Source of the DNA: Chrysomallon squamiferum
Taxonomy: Eukaryota > Animalia > Mollusca
DNA: 64,000 nucleotides
Direction: 5' to 3'
Assembly (NCBI GenBank): GCA_012295275.1
Contig: CM022679.1
Span: 5,270,001 to 5,334,000 of the forward strand
In this document: positions 42,465-57,395 of the stretch, in pieces
How the letters are laid out: the number at the start of each line of letters is the position of its first letter
How positions within the stretch are numbered: the first letter of the stretch is position 1
The notes under the pieces: generated by a model
What the model saw: the letters and a program-made list of their open reading frames with translations, nothing else
Database searches by the model: none
What the model was told of the DNA's origin: nothing
Position numbers and translations under genes: made by a program

Positions 42465-43303
42465 AATATTCTCTCGTCCATTCAGTACAAAATTAAGTTA
42501 TATTTATTTAACAAAATACGAAAGTGATACATTCTGTTGAAAACATCCATATTCTGGTTAATGAAGAGACACAGAGATACGTAATCATCTAGACTGTTTG
42601 AAAACAAAGTCGCGTTTAAATTAGCTTGCAATCACCGATGTAGTAGTGCAATTTAATCTAACAGAAATAACGCTATAATTATCTTACGAAAATAATCGTC
42701 TACTGGAAACCTAAGTCATATTTTCCAATTACTTTACCAGTATTAACCATCGCAAGTCGTCCAGACTGCTTTGTTTAAAATTAAAGTAATGTTTTAATTA
42801 ATGTGCCGACATAAACTGGTACAGCGGAGACTGATAAACCTTGTCCAGTTTGGGAAAAAGATTTTATGCACAGACGTTGGCGTCTGGAATAGGTGAAACG
42901 GTTGTTCGTGTTTTTCACTTCTTATCATACTTTTCTTTCTAATTAGACGGAAAAAAAAAAATCGAAAGCAATCCCAGCTTCGGAAGTCGATTATATCCCG
43001 TCTCTGGAATAATTGGCCGTACATAGACATTTTGCTAAATATCTTAGGCACGGTCATTTTCACATTTCATTCCGGCTCACGTATGGCGACGGACGTTTCT
43101 GACTTGCTGAGCTCCTGTCATTTGACTGGTCCCTTTATATTAACTGTTTATCACATTCATAATCATTTAACTCGAGTGCGAAAACAGTCGAACGATTGTC
43201 ATCTATTGGAAGTGATTAAAATAATACCATTATTGAGACTCGTTTTCGATTTTGACAGTGACTGAATACAATGCCATAAATCATCGTGACTGATATGTTA
43301 TAC

Positions 43304-43379
43304 TTAGATATTTGACGTCATAAAATGTATGTTGTCACAAGTTAGATATTTGACGTCATAAAATGTATGTTGTCACAAG
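43304..43379. repeat. Exact 38-bp tandem duplication carrying a CRE palindrome
   Basis: TTAGATATTTGACGTCATAAAATGTATGTTGTCACAAG x2. Confidence 0.95.
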
Positions 43380-44992
43380 TTACATAATGCAGCGTATTCC
43401 CGTCTCTGTAGAAACTCACTTTTCATGATGACGTCTCTGAATATAACATCGTAAGTCGCATTGTCTGACGTATTACCTTATTTGACGCAACAAGAGAAAT
43501 GATGTGACGTATTTCCGTTTGCGAACATTGTTCTTGCTATGGTAATTTGTGTAACTTGGCTTTGCATTGTTCTTGTAATTGAAATAAATAATGTTCGAGA
43601 CAAGGACAAGCAAAAATGTCGTATTATTCAATCAAGTCACGAGCCTGAAACTTAGTACCACAGAGGACATTCAGTGTCTTGTATCTAGTTCTAAAATACG
43701 TACTAATCAAGGAGACATCGCATATTAATACAAAACATGTCCCATAACAAATTAATTTTAATTAAACATTCCAAGCCAGTTCAGTTGTTCATCGGAAATG
43801 CTCTTTCTTGTATAAGTCGATGTTTACGTGGTACTAAAAGAAAATCTAATTTCAGAAAAAGATAAAGTCGCATGCAATCAGACACTTACATTCTGACTCA
43901 GAGTCAATTTGTTCTGTGTTGTTTTTATTTTAATAGACAATGATACCTTACCTTGTGGTAGTCTTTTGATATATTTGTATTTGTGTCTGTTTTAATCTTA
44001 TATAACATTCATATGATTAACACAAGTAAATGTAAGCGGGACCAGAATCTTTATAATTTAATATTTGTAGGCGATTTCAAAGAGAACGTTCAACAACAAC
44101 AAAACAACAACAACAACAATAACAATGACAGTGATGATGATAACAATACATGTAACAATAATACAAATAATAAAAATGAACTGTAATTCTAACAAGTGCT
44201 AGGGGACATAGTCAAAGAAGGCCAACAATAAAATATTCAGTATCATGATGATTATTATACTGAGTACAACGGTGATGATGATTATGATGACAAATATGAT
44301 GATCCTGAAGATGAGGTGTTGGTGATGATGCTGATGATGTCAACGACGCTAATTTAAATAAGTAATAAAATAAATCAAAAATAATCCAGACTGGGCGTGC
44401 TGGGAATATTCATATTCACTTGTGGCAGACAAATACAAGGATCACACATACAGTAAATATTAATGACGTGTCGGCCTTTCCATTTGTCACACAGTAAAAA
44501 TTCAGTTAAAACACCAAAACGGCAACATTATTTTCATAATCGAGAACTTTGCTTCACAAGTAAATCTAAAGATTACTATGCTTAAGCTGTCTGCGAATCC
44601 GTGTCTAAAACAAACGCCATTAATAAAGATCTACGGATGTGATAAATTGCAATGGGATAAACGACAAGACATTTCTTTATCCATCTTTAGTTATTATTAA
44701 AATACTTAATTACAACCCATACATTTCTGAAACGTATTCATTAACATCGCATTAACAGCCGTTAAATTAATTTACAATAAATTCTTCTCCGATTTTTCGG
44801 AAAATTCCAAAATGGCCGTCACCGGAACGAAATGGACTAATCCTTGGTTATCTTTCCTTGGCTGAACTCTTCAACTAATAGGACAATTACTATAACCACT
44901 GTTTTCGCTGATAACTGTTTAGTGAGATAACGGATTTATTAAAATAATAGCCCCAGGCTCTACTTGACTGTACACGATCAGCACTTGCAGAC

Positions 44993-45104
44993 GTTTAGGG
45001 GCGGTTCCAGAATGAAAGGAGGAGTGTATTTTTTTTTAGGGAAGGTTAATATTATATGTTATTGCAAACTGCATAGGCGGGGTTTGTTTGTTTGTTTGTT
45101 TACC

Positions 45105-45143
<39 letters not shown>

Positions 45144-45558
45144 TTGGTTTTTTCTTTGATTCTTAATTTACGTACTTATATCCTAACATACCTATATGGC
45201 TACATAAGTCTTATTTGTGAGTTTTATTCTTTCTTTCTGTTTTCGTTTTCTTTCTTGTTATCTTTTCAGACGTCTCGCTTCATTAAACTTATAATATATT
45301 CATTTAATCACGAACAAATTATTCTTTCATTTATTCATTCATTCATTTGTATATTACATTTTTATTTATTCTTTCATTTATTCATTCATTTATTTGTATA
45401 TTACATTTTTATTTATTCAATCACTCATTCATTCATTTCCACCTACACTGGCCTAAATAAAATAAAAATAAATAGTTCACCCAACTCCCATAGGACGAAT
45501 CGATCCACCGACCTCTGGCATTTGCGTGCTACTTTCTGGAACCGGTCTGCACCTAAAC
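44993..45558. mobile_element. Possible MITE-like element with inverted ends
   Basis: CGGTTCCAGAA (45002-45012) and TTCTGGAACCG (45534-45544) are an exact 11-bp inverted pair, with outer GTTTAGG/CCTAAAC also complementary. The left end AGGGGCGGTTCCAG resembles the ends of the 36055 element. Confidence 0.4.
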
Positions 45559-46818
45559 TGCTTGTGTCTTCACTGTTTGTCCCGCGTGGCCGGAAAGTGA
45601 CCAACGACTAAACAAATATGCAGGATCGCGTCTTTAACTCAATTGTATGTCCGATCAAACACAATGTGTGATTGGTAATATATGAAATCGATCGATTGCT
45701 GTTTAGATAACGGGTCTGTCAACACTGGGTGAAATATTAGATGAAAAGCGCTATTAGATTAATTTGTCGCACGCTTTAGAGACAATAAGAAAATTGATGG
45801 CAACCTCCCAACTGAGATTTGAAGAAATAATTATTAATGCAAGACGACGGCGATGATAAATAACGAAGGAGGAAACGCGGGTGAAGACGTCGGTTACGAA
45901 GAATAAAAATTCAGTGGAGAATATGATGATGATGATGATGATTATGGTTATCATGATTTAATGAAAAAGAAAAAAACGGTAGGATAATGTGGTTATGAAG
46001 ATGATGACGACGATGATGATTATAGAGTCGAAGTAGACGAATGTGATGGGGATGATTATGATAATACTGATTCTGATGACAACGGTTTTAGAAAATGATA
46101 ATTATTTCTATGGCGATGATGACTAGTATAAAGACTACGAAGAAAATACTGGTGATGATAAGAAAAAGAAGAAAGGCATAAACATAATAAAAAGTGATGT
46201 CGATGATATTACGTTGAAGAAAAAGGAGAAAAGAAGAAAAAGGAGAAGATGAAAAAAATGAATGCGTTAACGGCGATTAAATAGAACTGACTTGAAAACT
46301 ACAACAGTGTTATCCCTTTCACACAACAAGATTAATACTGTCTGGAAACAGTTTGTATTGTGTCATCACGACAAATACGCTTGAACCTCCTATAAAATTA
46401 AACATGTTTCAGTTTACATTATAAAGAAATAATCTAAATGTGCAACCCATCCCTCGTAATGTACCTTGATCCACTCACAGTATCTACAGTTTCATACACA
46501 CCCATCTATTGATGACTCCCTGTCTAATCTATAAATATATTTCTATTTAATTCTAATTACTTGAAAATAATCTGCTTCGGTGAATCTTTATTTACATTCA
46601 TTACTCAGATCTATATCATGTCTTATTTATTTAATTCAAGTGAATGATTTTGTAAAATCACAATAATTATATCTGTATGGAAAGATACGATTATGTAATG
46701 TTTGTATTAAAATAAATATTATGGTAAAATGCATATTTCTTACAGAAAAACAATAAAAAAGAAACCTTCCTCCCCCGCAAAGAATAGGCAATGAAATAGG
46801 AAGTTTAAAATAGAGGAA

Positions 46819-47040
46819 TTATAAAATATTAAACTGAAAAATTGCAGATAGCAGAATGGAAAACTGCTAAATTAATTATAGCGGAATATCGACAGATAAG
46901 TGCTCATTTTCATTACAAATCTGAGTAGTTATAAAATATTAAACTGAAAAATCCAAAATTCCAACTTGGCAAAATTGCTAAATTAATTGTAACAGAATGT
47001 GGACACAAGCATGATAATTTTCATTATCAACATGCTGATA
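46819..47040. repeat. Diverged ~110-bp tandem duplication
   Basis: TTATAAAATATTAAACTGAAAAAT at 46819 and 46929, each followed by TGCTAAATTAATT and ATTTTCATTA. Confidence 0.85.
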
Positions 47041-49310
47041 GCATTTTCAGTAATACAAATTGAGTATTGAACGGAGGCTGGACAAACGGTATTACCAAGG
47101 CAGTTGCGTGTGACGTCATCAGGTGTCGGACAAAGACACAACTCTTGTGTCAGATGGTCATAACCGAGCAATTAGAGCCTATTCGATTCAGCACCATCGC
47201 TGTTACCGCGGTATGAAAACGACTTCGCGTTTCACACAACTTACAAAATGTATTATCACTTACCCAGATCACTAAAGACACACGAGAGAAAGAGAGAGGT
47301 GTCAGCAGCAGGGGAGCAAGGGCAGGCCGCAGGGGCAAGGGGTGAGCTTCTTGTAGCTCTGTCATTCTTTACGGCCCGCAACAGAAAAAGCGAACACTTT
47401 GGCATCGGTCAACGGTTCTGGCTGAGATGTAATTAAAAGACCCTGTAGGACTCTCTTCATCACTAAAAGGTCCTTCTAGGATCCTCTCCATCACCGTGAA
47501 GCAGAACAACGGCGCTGACCCCGGGGTCGCCGCGTTTCTTTTGTCGGGTTTGTCAGAGCACTTGACTCGGTTTTCGCGAGGCTTTCTGCAGTTGATTATT
47601 TCACGTTTAACTTAACACAATAACGTCTCGGCGTACGACGGTTCGCTTAAGTGATGAGGATTTCACGTCTGCGTGGACGTTCAACGTCACCTCTGCATCG
47701 ACACGGCTTGTGACAGCTTCGTGTGTGGAAGCAAAACTTCAATATTATAGTCTTAGTGTTAAAGGTTTAAATTTGTTATGTTTTGTTGCACGGATAACTC
47801 AGTATTAAAAGTATTTCGTAATGAAACTCTTCCTCTGTTGATTCATTGATCCATTATTCATTCATTAGTCTGTTTTTGTTACACACACACATGCACACAC
47901 GCACACTCATACACATATATATGTACATACGAACATACACATACATATATAAGGCATATTGTAAATATACATACATACATAAATACATACATACATACAT
48001 ACAAACATCCATATATACGTATATGCACACACATATAAATATAATTATTATAACTAGAAATGAACTGTTCATACCAGTGTTTTCTGTTTCTGTATTAATG
48101 AACTTTGTTCATCGCATGCTAATCACACTGGATCAAGGGAGAATTACCTGTGTACATACTCATAATAAACTGCAGATTACAATACACTGATGAGACGAAA
48201 ACTAGCATGCTGCGGCTTAGCTTAGGTTAATTCGTATGTGACTGTGTAGTCCTGTTTATAGACAAATATAATACTACTTCAGCTACTATTACTAGTACTA
48301 CTGTCGCCTTTACTGCTACTACGACTGTCGTTGCTTAACATTGTTAAGATAATTACTATTGCTAATACTACTGCTGCTACTACAGTTTTTACTTATATAA
48401 CTAACATCACCTGTTACTGCTACTATATCAATTCTACAACAGTTACTACTACTGCTATTATCAACATCACCTTAGAACTACAATTATTACAGAAACCACT
48501 ATTAGTTGCTGTTTTTATTTTATAGTAGAAGTGGTAGAAATAGTAGTTGAAGTAGTAGTAGTGGTAATAGTAGTATTTAACAATAGCAGTACTACTGGTA
48601 TTATGTAACAGATTTGCTCCTACCGCCAATATAAGAACATGAAAGGAAAATAATAAAAACATCGGAGATTCGATCCCACAACATTTGACACAAGAAATCT
48701 TAACCAAATTAACGATCACTAAGGAAACACGAAAAGTGATGCAAACACCTTAACGAATCGAACATGATGCGTGTTTCTTTTTTGTCTCCCAGTATCGAGC
48801 TTCTTTTTTTTTTTTTCATTTGTACTGAAGACTCTCTTATTCTCCTGTGTCGAGTACCTCTACCGCTTCCCAGAAATTCCGCATAATTGGTTTAAACAAA
48901 GTGGTGTTTGCTGTGAATTCTGCCGGTTGTCTCTCTTTCTGTCTCGTGTTTGCCGTAAGCCATCATCGCCATAGTCAGAATTTCATTGCTCTAGTCAGTT
49001 CTTCATTGCTTTAGCGAAATGTTCATTGCAGAAGGATGTGGGGAAATGTTTGCAAGCCTCTGCAGCGCTGAAATAATGGCGAAGTTTCGATAATGAATTG
49101 CTTCATTGCATTTAAATGAGAAAAGACTGCGATGATGCTTCGTGCTGTCACTTAGCCACTAACAGAGCGGAGAGTGGCTTGCTTAATGTAGCTGTAAATA
49201 TAACTTAATTTGCCCAGACGTTTACCTTGATGGAGAGGCAAAGAGGACGAGACGGAGAGAAGGTGAATGGATGAAGAGAGAAATGGAGAGGACACTGATG
49301 GACAGAGATG

Positions 49311-49470
<160 letters not shown>

Positions 49471-50143
49471 ATGCCAAGAAGAAGAAGCTGGGGAAAAAAT
49501 AAAAATAAAAAAAGTCCAATAAACGTCGGAAAGCAGAAATTGAAGGCAGATAGAGAGAAAGCTTTTTAATACTCGTAAACTGATTAACTCTTAATGTGCT
49601 GCTGAAACAGCCGGGTATTACATCACACTCGAGATTATTCACAGACTGACGGTTAATCGTTAAGCAGTAATGGTGATGAGTAGGTTTTCGTTTCTTCACC
49701 TGTCTGCGTGGAGAGGTTGCATGCAGTTGGTGTAATGCGCAGTTGAATTACTCATTTACTTTGATAATGGGCATAATTCATGTTTGGCATGTTTGTCTAT
49801 CATAGCAATACTTATCGTCATCAATAATTTTATTTCTTCATTCCTTCTTCTCTTTCTTTTTTCTCAAATTTTTCCCTCATCTTTCGTTTTATATATTTGT
49901 CTCTTGATCTGCATGTTTCTTTCCATCTCCCTCTCTCTCCTTCTTTCATTCTCTTTTTATTTGTTCCTCTCTCTCTTTCTTTATCTATCTCTCTTCCTCT
50001 CTCTCACTCTGTTATATATATATTTCTCTCTCTCTAGATCTCTTGCTCTTTCTTTCACTTTTCTCTTTCTCTATCTCTCTCTTCCTCTCTCTTTCGTTAC
50101 ATATTTTTCTCTCTCTCTTGAGCTCTGTTAAGCTCTCTACTTC

Positions 50144-50251
<108 letters not shown>

Positions 50252-50501
50252 ACACACACACACACACACACATTGACACACACACACGGCCTCTCTCTGT
50301 GTCTCTCCCCTCTCTCTCCCCTCACTCTTATAGACACATATGAATAAAACAAGCTTAGACACAGTGTTATAGTTAATATTTGATGAAGCATAAAAAAAAG
50401 GTTAAGCTTATTACAAATATTTTTAATTGTCTCTTCCCCCAGATTAATAACTTAATTATCATTATTATTATTATTATTAATTATTATTATTATTATGATT
50501 A

Positions 50502-50556
<55 letters not shown>

Positions 50557-50596
50557 GTTGTTGTTGTTGTTGTTATTAGTATTATTATCATTACAG

Positions 50597-50674
50597 GTAT
50601 GTGATGTACCAGGGTGTATAGAAACTGCGGCTGCTGTGTTAACACGGGTAGACCACTCAGTAGATCCCTGCGAG
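50597..50674 (+). CDS. M13 (neprilysin/ECE-like) peptidase internal exon, VCDVPGCIETAAAVLTRVDHSVDPCE
   Basis: TTACAG| acceptor and GAG|GTAAGT donor, 78 nt, phase 0-0. The peptide matches the M13 N-terminal signature C-x4-C-x3-A-x6-D-x-S-V-D-P-C-(D/E), normally followed by DFY.FACG.W in the next exon. Confidence 0.9.
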
Positions 50675-50682
50675 GTAAGTAA

Positions 50683-50715
<33 letters not shown>

Positions 50716-51336
50716 GTCTGTATGTATGTGTGCATGAGCATTCATGAGAATATATGTATTTCGTGTATATCTTTGTGTTTATGTGTGTGTAAATGAGTGT
50801 ATGTGTATGCGTGGGTAAGTGTGTGTGGGTGTGTTTGTCTGTGCGTCTGTTTGTATATATATATATTTATAACATAACACACATACATACATACATACAT
50901 ATGTTGCTTTTTTCTTATATTTTCTTTACATTTTTTTAAATCTATATTTTTTTTTAATGGCAATACAAAACATAATATATTCATCTGAGATTGTCTGAAA
51001 CAAGAAAATGGGCACTAAACAAACCTGATTTTTCTCAGATTCTCTCGCGATCTCTATTGATCTTTTTGATTAAGTCGTGTAACAACAAACTTAACAAATA
51101 CAGAATAAAAAAAAAAAAAAAAATGTTTTAAAAAATCGCTAAGGCGGGAATAAATGAGACTGGTGGAAAAAAACCAATGTCACCGGAAACCAAAGGAAGT
51201 CAAGTAGCGAGGGTTCGTTACGTTTCGGAATCAATCTCCTGACGAGTAAAGAAAACATTCATTGATTCGTTACTCTTCGACAGATTTCGTAGGCCGACGA
51301 ACTGCGGCGCTTATAATTACATTTTGTAAGAATATT

Positions 51337-51400
<64 letters not shown>

Positions 51401-51779
51401 CTTCTTTAATTTACTAGAAAACTAAGTTTGGTATGAATTTCCAAAGGATTACAAGTTTCATTTACTTTTTAATTTTTAGTATTTTATTTTCCCTATTCTT
51501 TTAGCAAATTAAATTTCTATAACTAATTTGATTTGTATTTTCTGTTGTATTAATTTTGTACACTTTAATGGCCTTGTGCAACGTCCGAGTTTAATTTACG
51601 ATCGTTCTCTAACAAATAATGCTTCTTCTGTGGTAAATGTAACATCGTTATAGTTATTGCTTCTAATAGACTAAAACGATTAAATCAGTTTCGCAGAACC
51701 TACTTGAATGTTTTAGGTAACCGAATTTGAGATAGACGAAAACACGCACGCACATACACGCACATACATCAGTAACAAT

Positions 51780-52152
<373 letters not shown>

Positions 52153-53457
52153 CACACATAAATTAAACGCGCTCAAGCGTAAGCTTTTCTGTCTTTATTT
52201 GCAAACTTTAATCTTAATTGTACTGTAGTATTATAGTTAATATTTGCTCAAGCATAAAAAAGTGGTTAAGCTTATTCACAATATTACTGTCTGTTCCTCC
52301 AGACGAATAACTTAATTATTCTTTACTTAAAACAGGCAGTCGTAAAAATCATATCTGTTATTTTATTATGCAGACGTACAAGCACGTGCACGCACTCACG
52401 CACATAAAGCAAGCATTTTTTCTCTTCTCTTTATTAATATTTATTTATTAATTATTATTATTATTATTATATATTTTGTTTTTCACGCCTGTTCAAGCAG
52501 ATACATTTCTTCTTTCCTCGATTGCAGTTTTATTATATCAAAATTGTTAATCAGTGTGCTATCAATTTGTATCACGATTATTATTTTCCTAATTCGTCTC
52601 ATAGCTGTATTAATAATTGTCTGTCTGTTCCAGTCCAGATATTTTAAGCGTTTTTTAATTACTAGGTTAATGTGGAAAAGACGATTTAAACATGTCTAAA
52701 TTCTGTACTATAATTTACATTGTTATGGGATTTATATATTAATTTTTCTTAAGTTCAGAGAAAAATTTACTTATATTTGGATATTAATTTACAAAAGGTC
52801 ATCGATGTTTTTTGTACTAATTTAGAAAACTGTTTGAAAAGCTTAGATAATAATTTTTAAAAAATGTTTCAAAAGGTTAACATGTTTTAATTTACTGGTT
52901 TATTTCTTAGAATGCCCCCTTTTATTGTTACAACCAGTTTTTAATATTCGAGAATTAAAATTTATGTTCGTGTACTCAATTAATTGCACGAAATTATTTC
53001 TTTGTTGAAGAGAGTATTTTAGGAATGGTCATTTCTAAAAGACTTGTTAAATATACACACGATTGTGAAAATTAAAATTCCGTTTTAATTAATGTTTTAT
53101 CTCTCATCTGGATTAAAAAATAAAATGAATAAAATAAAATAAAATAAAATAAAATAAAGAATTGTTTAAAGTGCACCTTCGATCTTTTGAATTGAAAGTT
53201 TAAATAATATTTTTATATTTTCAAAAGATTGTTTTATTTACTCTATAAATCATGCTTTACTACTAATAAAGTACAATTAAAATGTAATAATCTCAACGTA
53301 GAATAATAGAGACTGCACAGTTTTACGTTATTTGAAAATTAGTAACATTTTTCTTCAATTATTTATTCTTTCTCTTTCTTCTCTCTCTTTAGCGTTTTAT
53401 CTCTCTCTTTATTTTTCTCTCCTTCTGTCTGTTTTTATATCTGTTTCTCTCTCTCTT

Positions 53458-53519
<62 letters not shown>

Positions 53520-54617
53520 CCCTCCCTTTCCCTTCTTTTTTTTTTTTCTCTCTTCTTCTTCTCTCTCTCTCTCTCTCTCCGTTTCTTCTTTATTTCTTTA
53601 TTTTTTTTTTTTTTTCTCTATCTTCGCTTCTTTATTATCATTTCTTTCTAAATAGCTATTCTTTCTTTTTACCCCTCCTTTTCCTTTTTCTCAATTTTGA
53701 CTTCTTCAGTATTTCTTTCTTTCTTTTCTTTCTTTTCCATTAATTTATTCCTTCTTTCTTTCAACCTTTTCATTTCTTTATTTCTTTCTTAGTACTTAAT
53801 TTATTCCTTCTTTTTTCTGCATCCTTCTTTCTTTCTGTCTTTTACTTGCAAGTTTCACACAGATACAGAACCAACAACAGTATTTAAAAAAACAGCCTTT
53901 TTCGATTACTTTAAATATCTACAATTGACTTACTTACTAAAAGCGAATTCTGGAGTTATTATTTCTTTTATTAGATTTTTATAGGTTATTAAAAAAAAGA
54001 GAAAAATAATAACAACCTCTTAAGCAAATATAAATTAGGTGTGGAAGCAATTAGGTAGATATATTAAAATATCTATAAAACGTTTATTATTTCCGAAAAA
54101 AAAAGAAAACGATTTTGCTGCCTACACTGAACCAAAATAATAATATTATAAATATAACGAAAACGGGAAGGAAAATCGATAAAAGGTGTGCTAGTTCTAT
54201 TATTTCTAATTCGAATGCAATGAAAATTATTTTTAAAAATCTTCAAATTTATCTTTTATAAAGTAAACCACGCTAATTTTAAAAAGTGAAAAAAAAAAAA
54301 AAAAATAATAATAATAATAATAAAAATAAAATAAAATAAAACAATAATAAAAATTATTAGAATAATAATAAAAGAGAAAATCAGAGAGAAGGTACACAGT
54401 GACAGAAGATATAGTCTGAGTTTCTTTCTTTCTCTGGTCTCCACTGCTGTCGCGTGATTTAATATTGTTTGTCAGTGAGACACGTTAAAAAAGGAAAGAG
54501 TTAAAATTATGCATTAGGAAACGACAGGTTCTGTAGACGTCAAAGTCAAACGTGATTAGTGTATCAAATGCAGCAGTTATTGCAGCATTTTCATTTCATG
54601 TTTATTTAAATTGTGTT

Positions 54618-54682
54618 ATCTATCTATCTACCTCTCTATCTGTTTAGTTATCTATCTGTCTATCTATCTATTTATCTATCTT

Positions 54683-54736
<54 letters not shown>

Positions 54737-54965
54737 CGTGGCGGGGTAGGTTGGTGGGTGTGTATCTATGCAAATATGAATTTATGTAATTGTGTATGTA
54801 TGTGTGTATATGTATGTGTGTGTGTATGTATGTATGTATGTGTGTATGTGTGTATGTATGTGTGTATGTGTGTATGTGTATGTATGTATGTATGTGTGTA
54901 TGTATGTATGTGTATGTATGTATGTATGTATGTATGTATGTATGTATGTATGTATGTATGTATAT
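54618..54965. repeat. (TATC)n followed by (TATG/TG)n microsatellites
   Basis: Directly visible. Confidence 0.95.
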
Positions 54966-56146
54966 ATGTTTATATGCATATTTGTGTTTATGTATATCTT
55001 TGTATCGTCTAACATTTTTATGTTTTTCATTGTGCACTAGTTCACCTTTTGTATTTTTTCTGTGTGTACTACTGTACTAGTCTAATTTATATATGTTTTT
55101 ATATATATCTGTCTGTTTGTCTGTCATACTGGCTATTTAGTGATCTTTATCTTTGATGCGTTTTTTTTTTTTTTTTAATAATTTGTTACATGGGGGAGCT
55201 GGTCTTAATTCATTTTTATTTTTTAAAATGATATACACTGGAAACGAAAATCAGTTTTCTATACCAAAAATATAAAAATAGCAGGTATTATTGTTCTTCT
55301 GATCCTATCTTTAGACCAAAATTTTACAATGCACTCACATACAGCATTTCCCTACGAGGCAAATTATGTTTTATTTTGAAACCCACTTTGCTTGTCGAAG
55401 TCGCTTCCGCAGTTCTTTGAGGTAACTACCATTCTCGTCCGACAAAGCTGTAATTTAAAGGCCATTCTTGTGTCTGAATGTGTCTGACATTTTTCTCAAA
55501 GGCAAGAAACAGGAGTGTCGCAGTAATGAAACTTCCGATGTGTAACCGAAACTTTTGTAAAACGAAGCATTCTGTCAGGAATAAATCAAACTCCATCACA
55601 ATGTTAAAAATCATTTTTACCTGTCACTGGTCCATACACGCGAAATATGACGTCTCCAGTGTCAGCCTAAGTGTTGTTTTACTAAAAGATTATTATCTAA
55701 AAGATGTTCTGGTTCATTGTTTTCTCCAGTGTTCTCGATTACACAATTATGGTTCACGGTGTCCGGAATGTCTTGAATAATGTTTTCGTTTTTCATTCAA
55801 TACCGCAGCAATCTTTGTTTGAATTTCATATTACAGCAGTTAAATTGCTTTTCTCAGTACAGCTTGGCCATTGGCTGAAGATTCAAGGTTCCTTGGTAAC
55901 GTCCATTAGGGCTATTTTTCGTTTGAACTAATATCCAGTGATTCTCTGTGTCACTGAGAAGGTTAATAAAAAGTAGTTTAGTGATAATATCTAAGTGCAA
56001 CCCTTAAAACGACAGACTCAGGAGAGAACATCATACTACAGATTTATCAAAGGCTTTAGCATTTTATCTTACCTGTCTGTAGCAGAGTATAAACAATGGT
56101 CCATTACACTTAATATATATAAGTAATCTTGAGGATGAATGACAGG

Positions 56147-56190
<44 letters not shown>

Positions 56191-57360
56191 GTATATGTAT
56201 CATATAAATTAAGAGTATTAATACTACCTGTACCTTCCTACACACACGCACACACACACAAAACACACACAACACTCATGCATATGTGTATACGTGTGCA
56301 TGTAAAAGGACTATGTATATACGTATAATGTCACAGAATATTTATATTTCACATCTAATGACTGTAATTATAAGAATACATTATTTCTAAATTTAACTTT
56401 TTCATATGAGAATCTACACAGAACTAGCCACATCTTTGGCAACTGGAAAACACTTGTTTTTCGATTCCTGACTTCATTTCTTTTTTTATTTTTCCATGTT
56501 TTTTCTCCTCATTTTCTTGAATCATGACTTATTCAAACGGCATCCTAGAGTCAGCTATTTAAAGCAGATAGTATTTCGTTTTTACCGTGTATGTGAAAAA
56601 GAAAAAAAGTACACTGATTTATTCATGGCTTTGGCCCTGATTGTCACAGTCACAGAGCTGCATTAGGCTTCTTGGTGTGTAAAATGATCACATGACTTGT
56701 GACAAGCATGGAGAGTAGAACTTGTTTTGGCCAGAACTCCAATACGTTCATGTCACAGCCAATTTACGTGCAGGGCGAGCCAATAAAAACAACATACTGC
56801 GAGCAATTTTAATACGACAGGAAATAAAAGTGAAAGTTAATGCAGTAATGCGGTTGTTATTTTAAAATGGAAAAAGAAAAAAAAAAGAAGAGACATTTTG
56901 GAAAGATATTTTCTAAAGATTGTTCTCTGTTGAAAGAAAATTAAGAAGGAAAAAAAAACAAGAACAAACAGATAGTGATGGAATGAAAGCATATGAATAA
57001 AACAAAATAATTATAGTGTCGAATACTAATGCTGCCACTATTACTACTGCTGCTACTATTACTAATATAACTATTACTGTTACTAGTGTTATTGCAGATA
57101 CTTTTATTAGTTATTATTATTACCACTAGAAATACTAATGTATTACTACTAGTATTTCGACTACCAAAATGACTAATATTAAAATAACTGTTAAAAATGA
57201 CGAAAGAAACTCTAAATAAAATAGAAGTGGAAACCAAAAAAACTTCTATGATTTAATATTGACCGACATACATCTATTAAACCAAATAAATTACACTTTA
57301 ATCCATTTATTTCCAAATCATACAGACTGGGTCGAGGTGGAGCTTTTAAAACATGTCCAC

Positions 57361-57395
57361 CAAAACGTATCGATCCCACGACCTCTCGCATCTCA
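57361..57395 (-). mobile_element. tRNA-like SINE head fragment
   Basis: Minus strand reads TGCGAGAGGTCGTGGGATCGAT, a tRNA variable-loop/T-arm-like segment. Related fragments lie at ~8126, ~45497 and ~48665. No full cloverleaf is present. Confidence 0.45.

Noticed and set aside
44964-45611. 215-aa hydrophobic ORF
   Set aside because: It is made of (TAT)n and (TTCA)n low-complexity sequence inside a putative MITE, starts at TTG, and has no recognisable domain.
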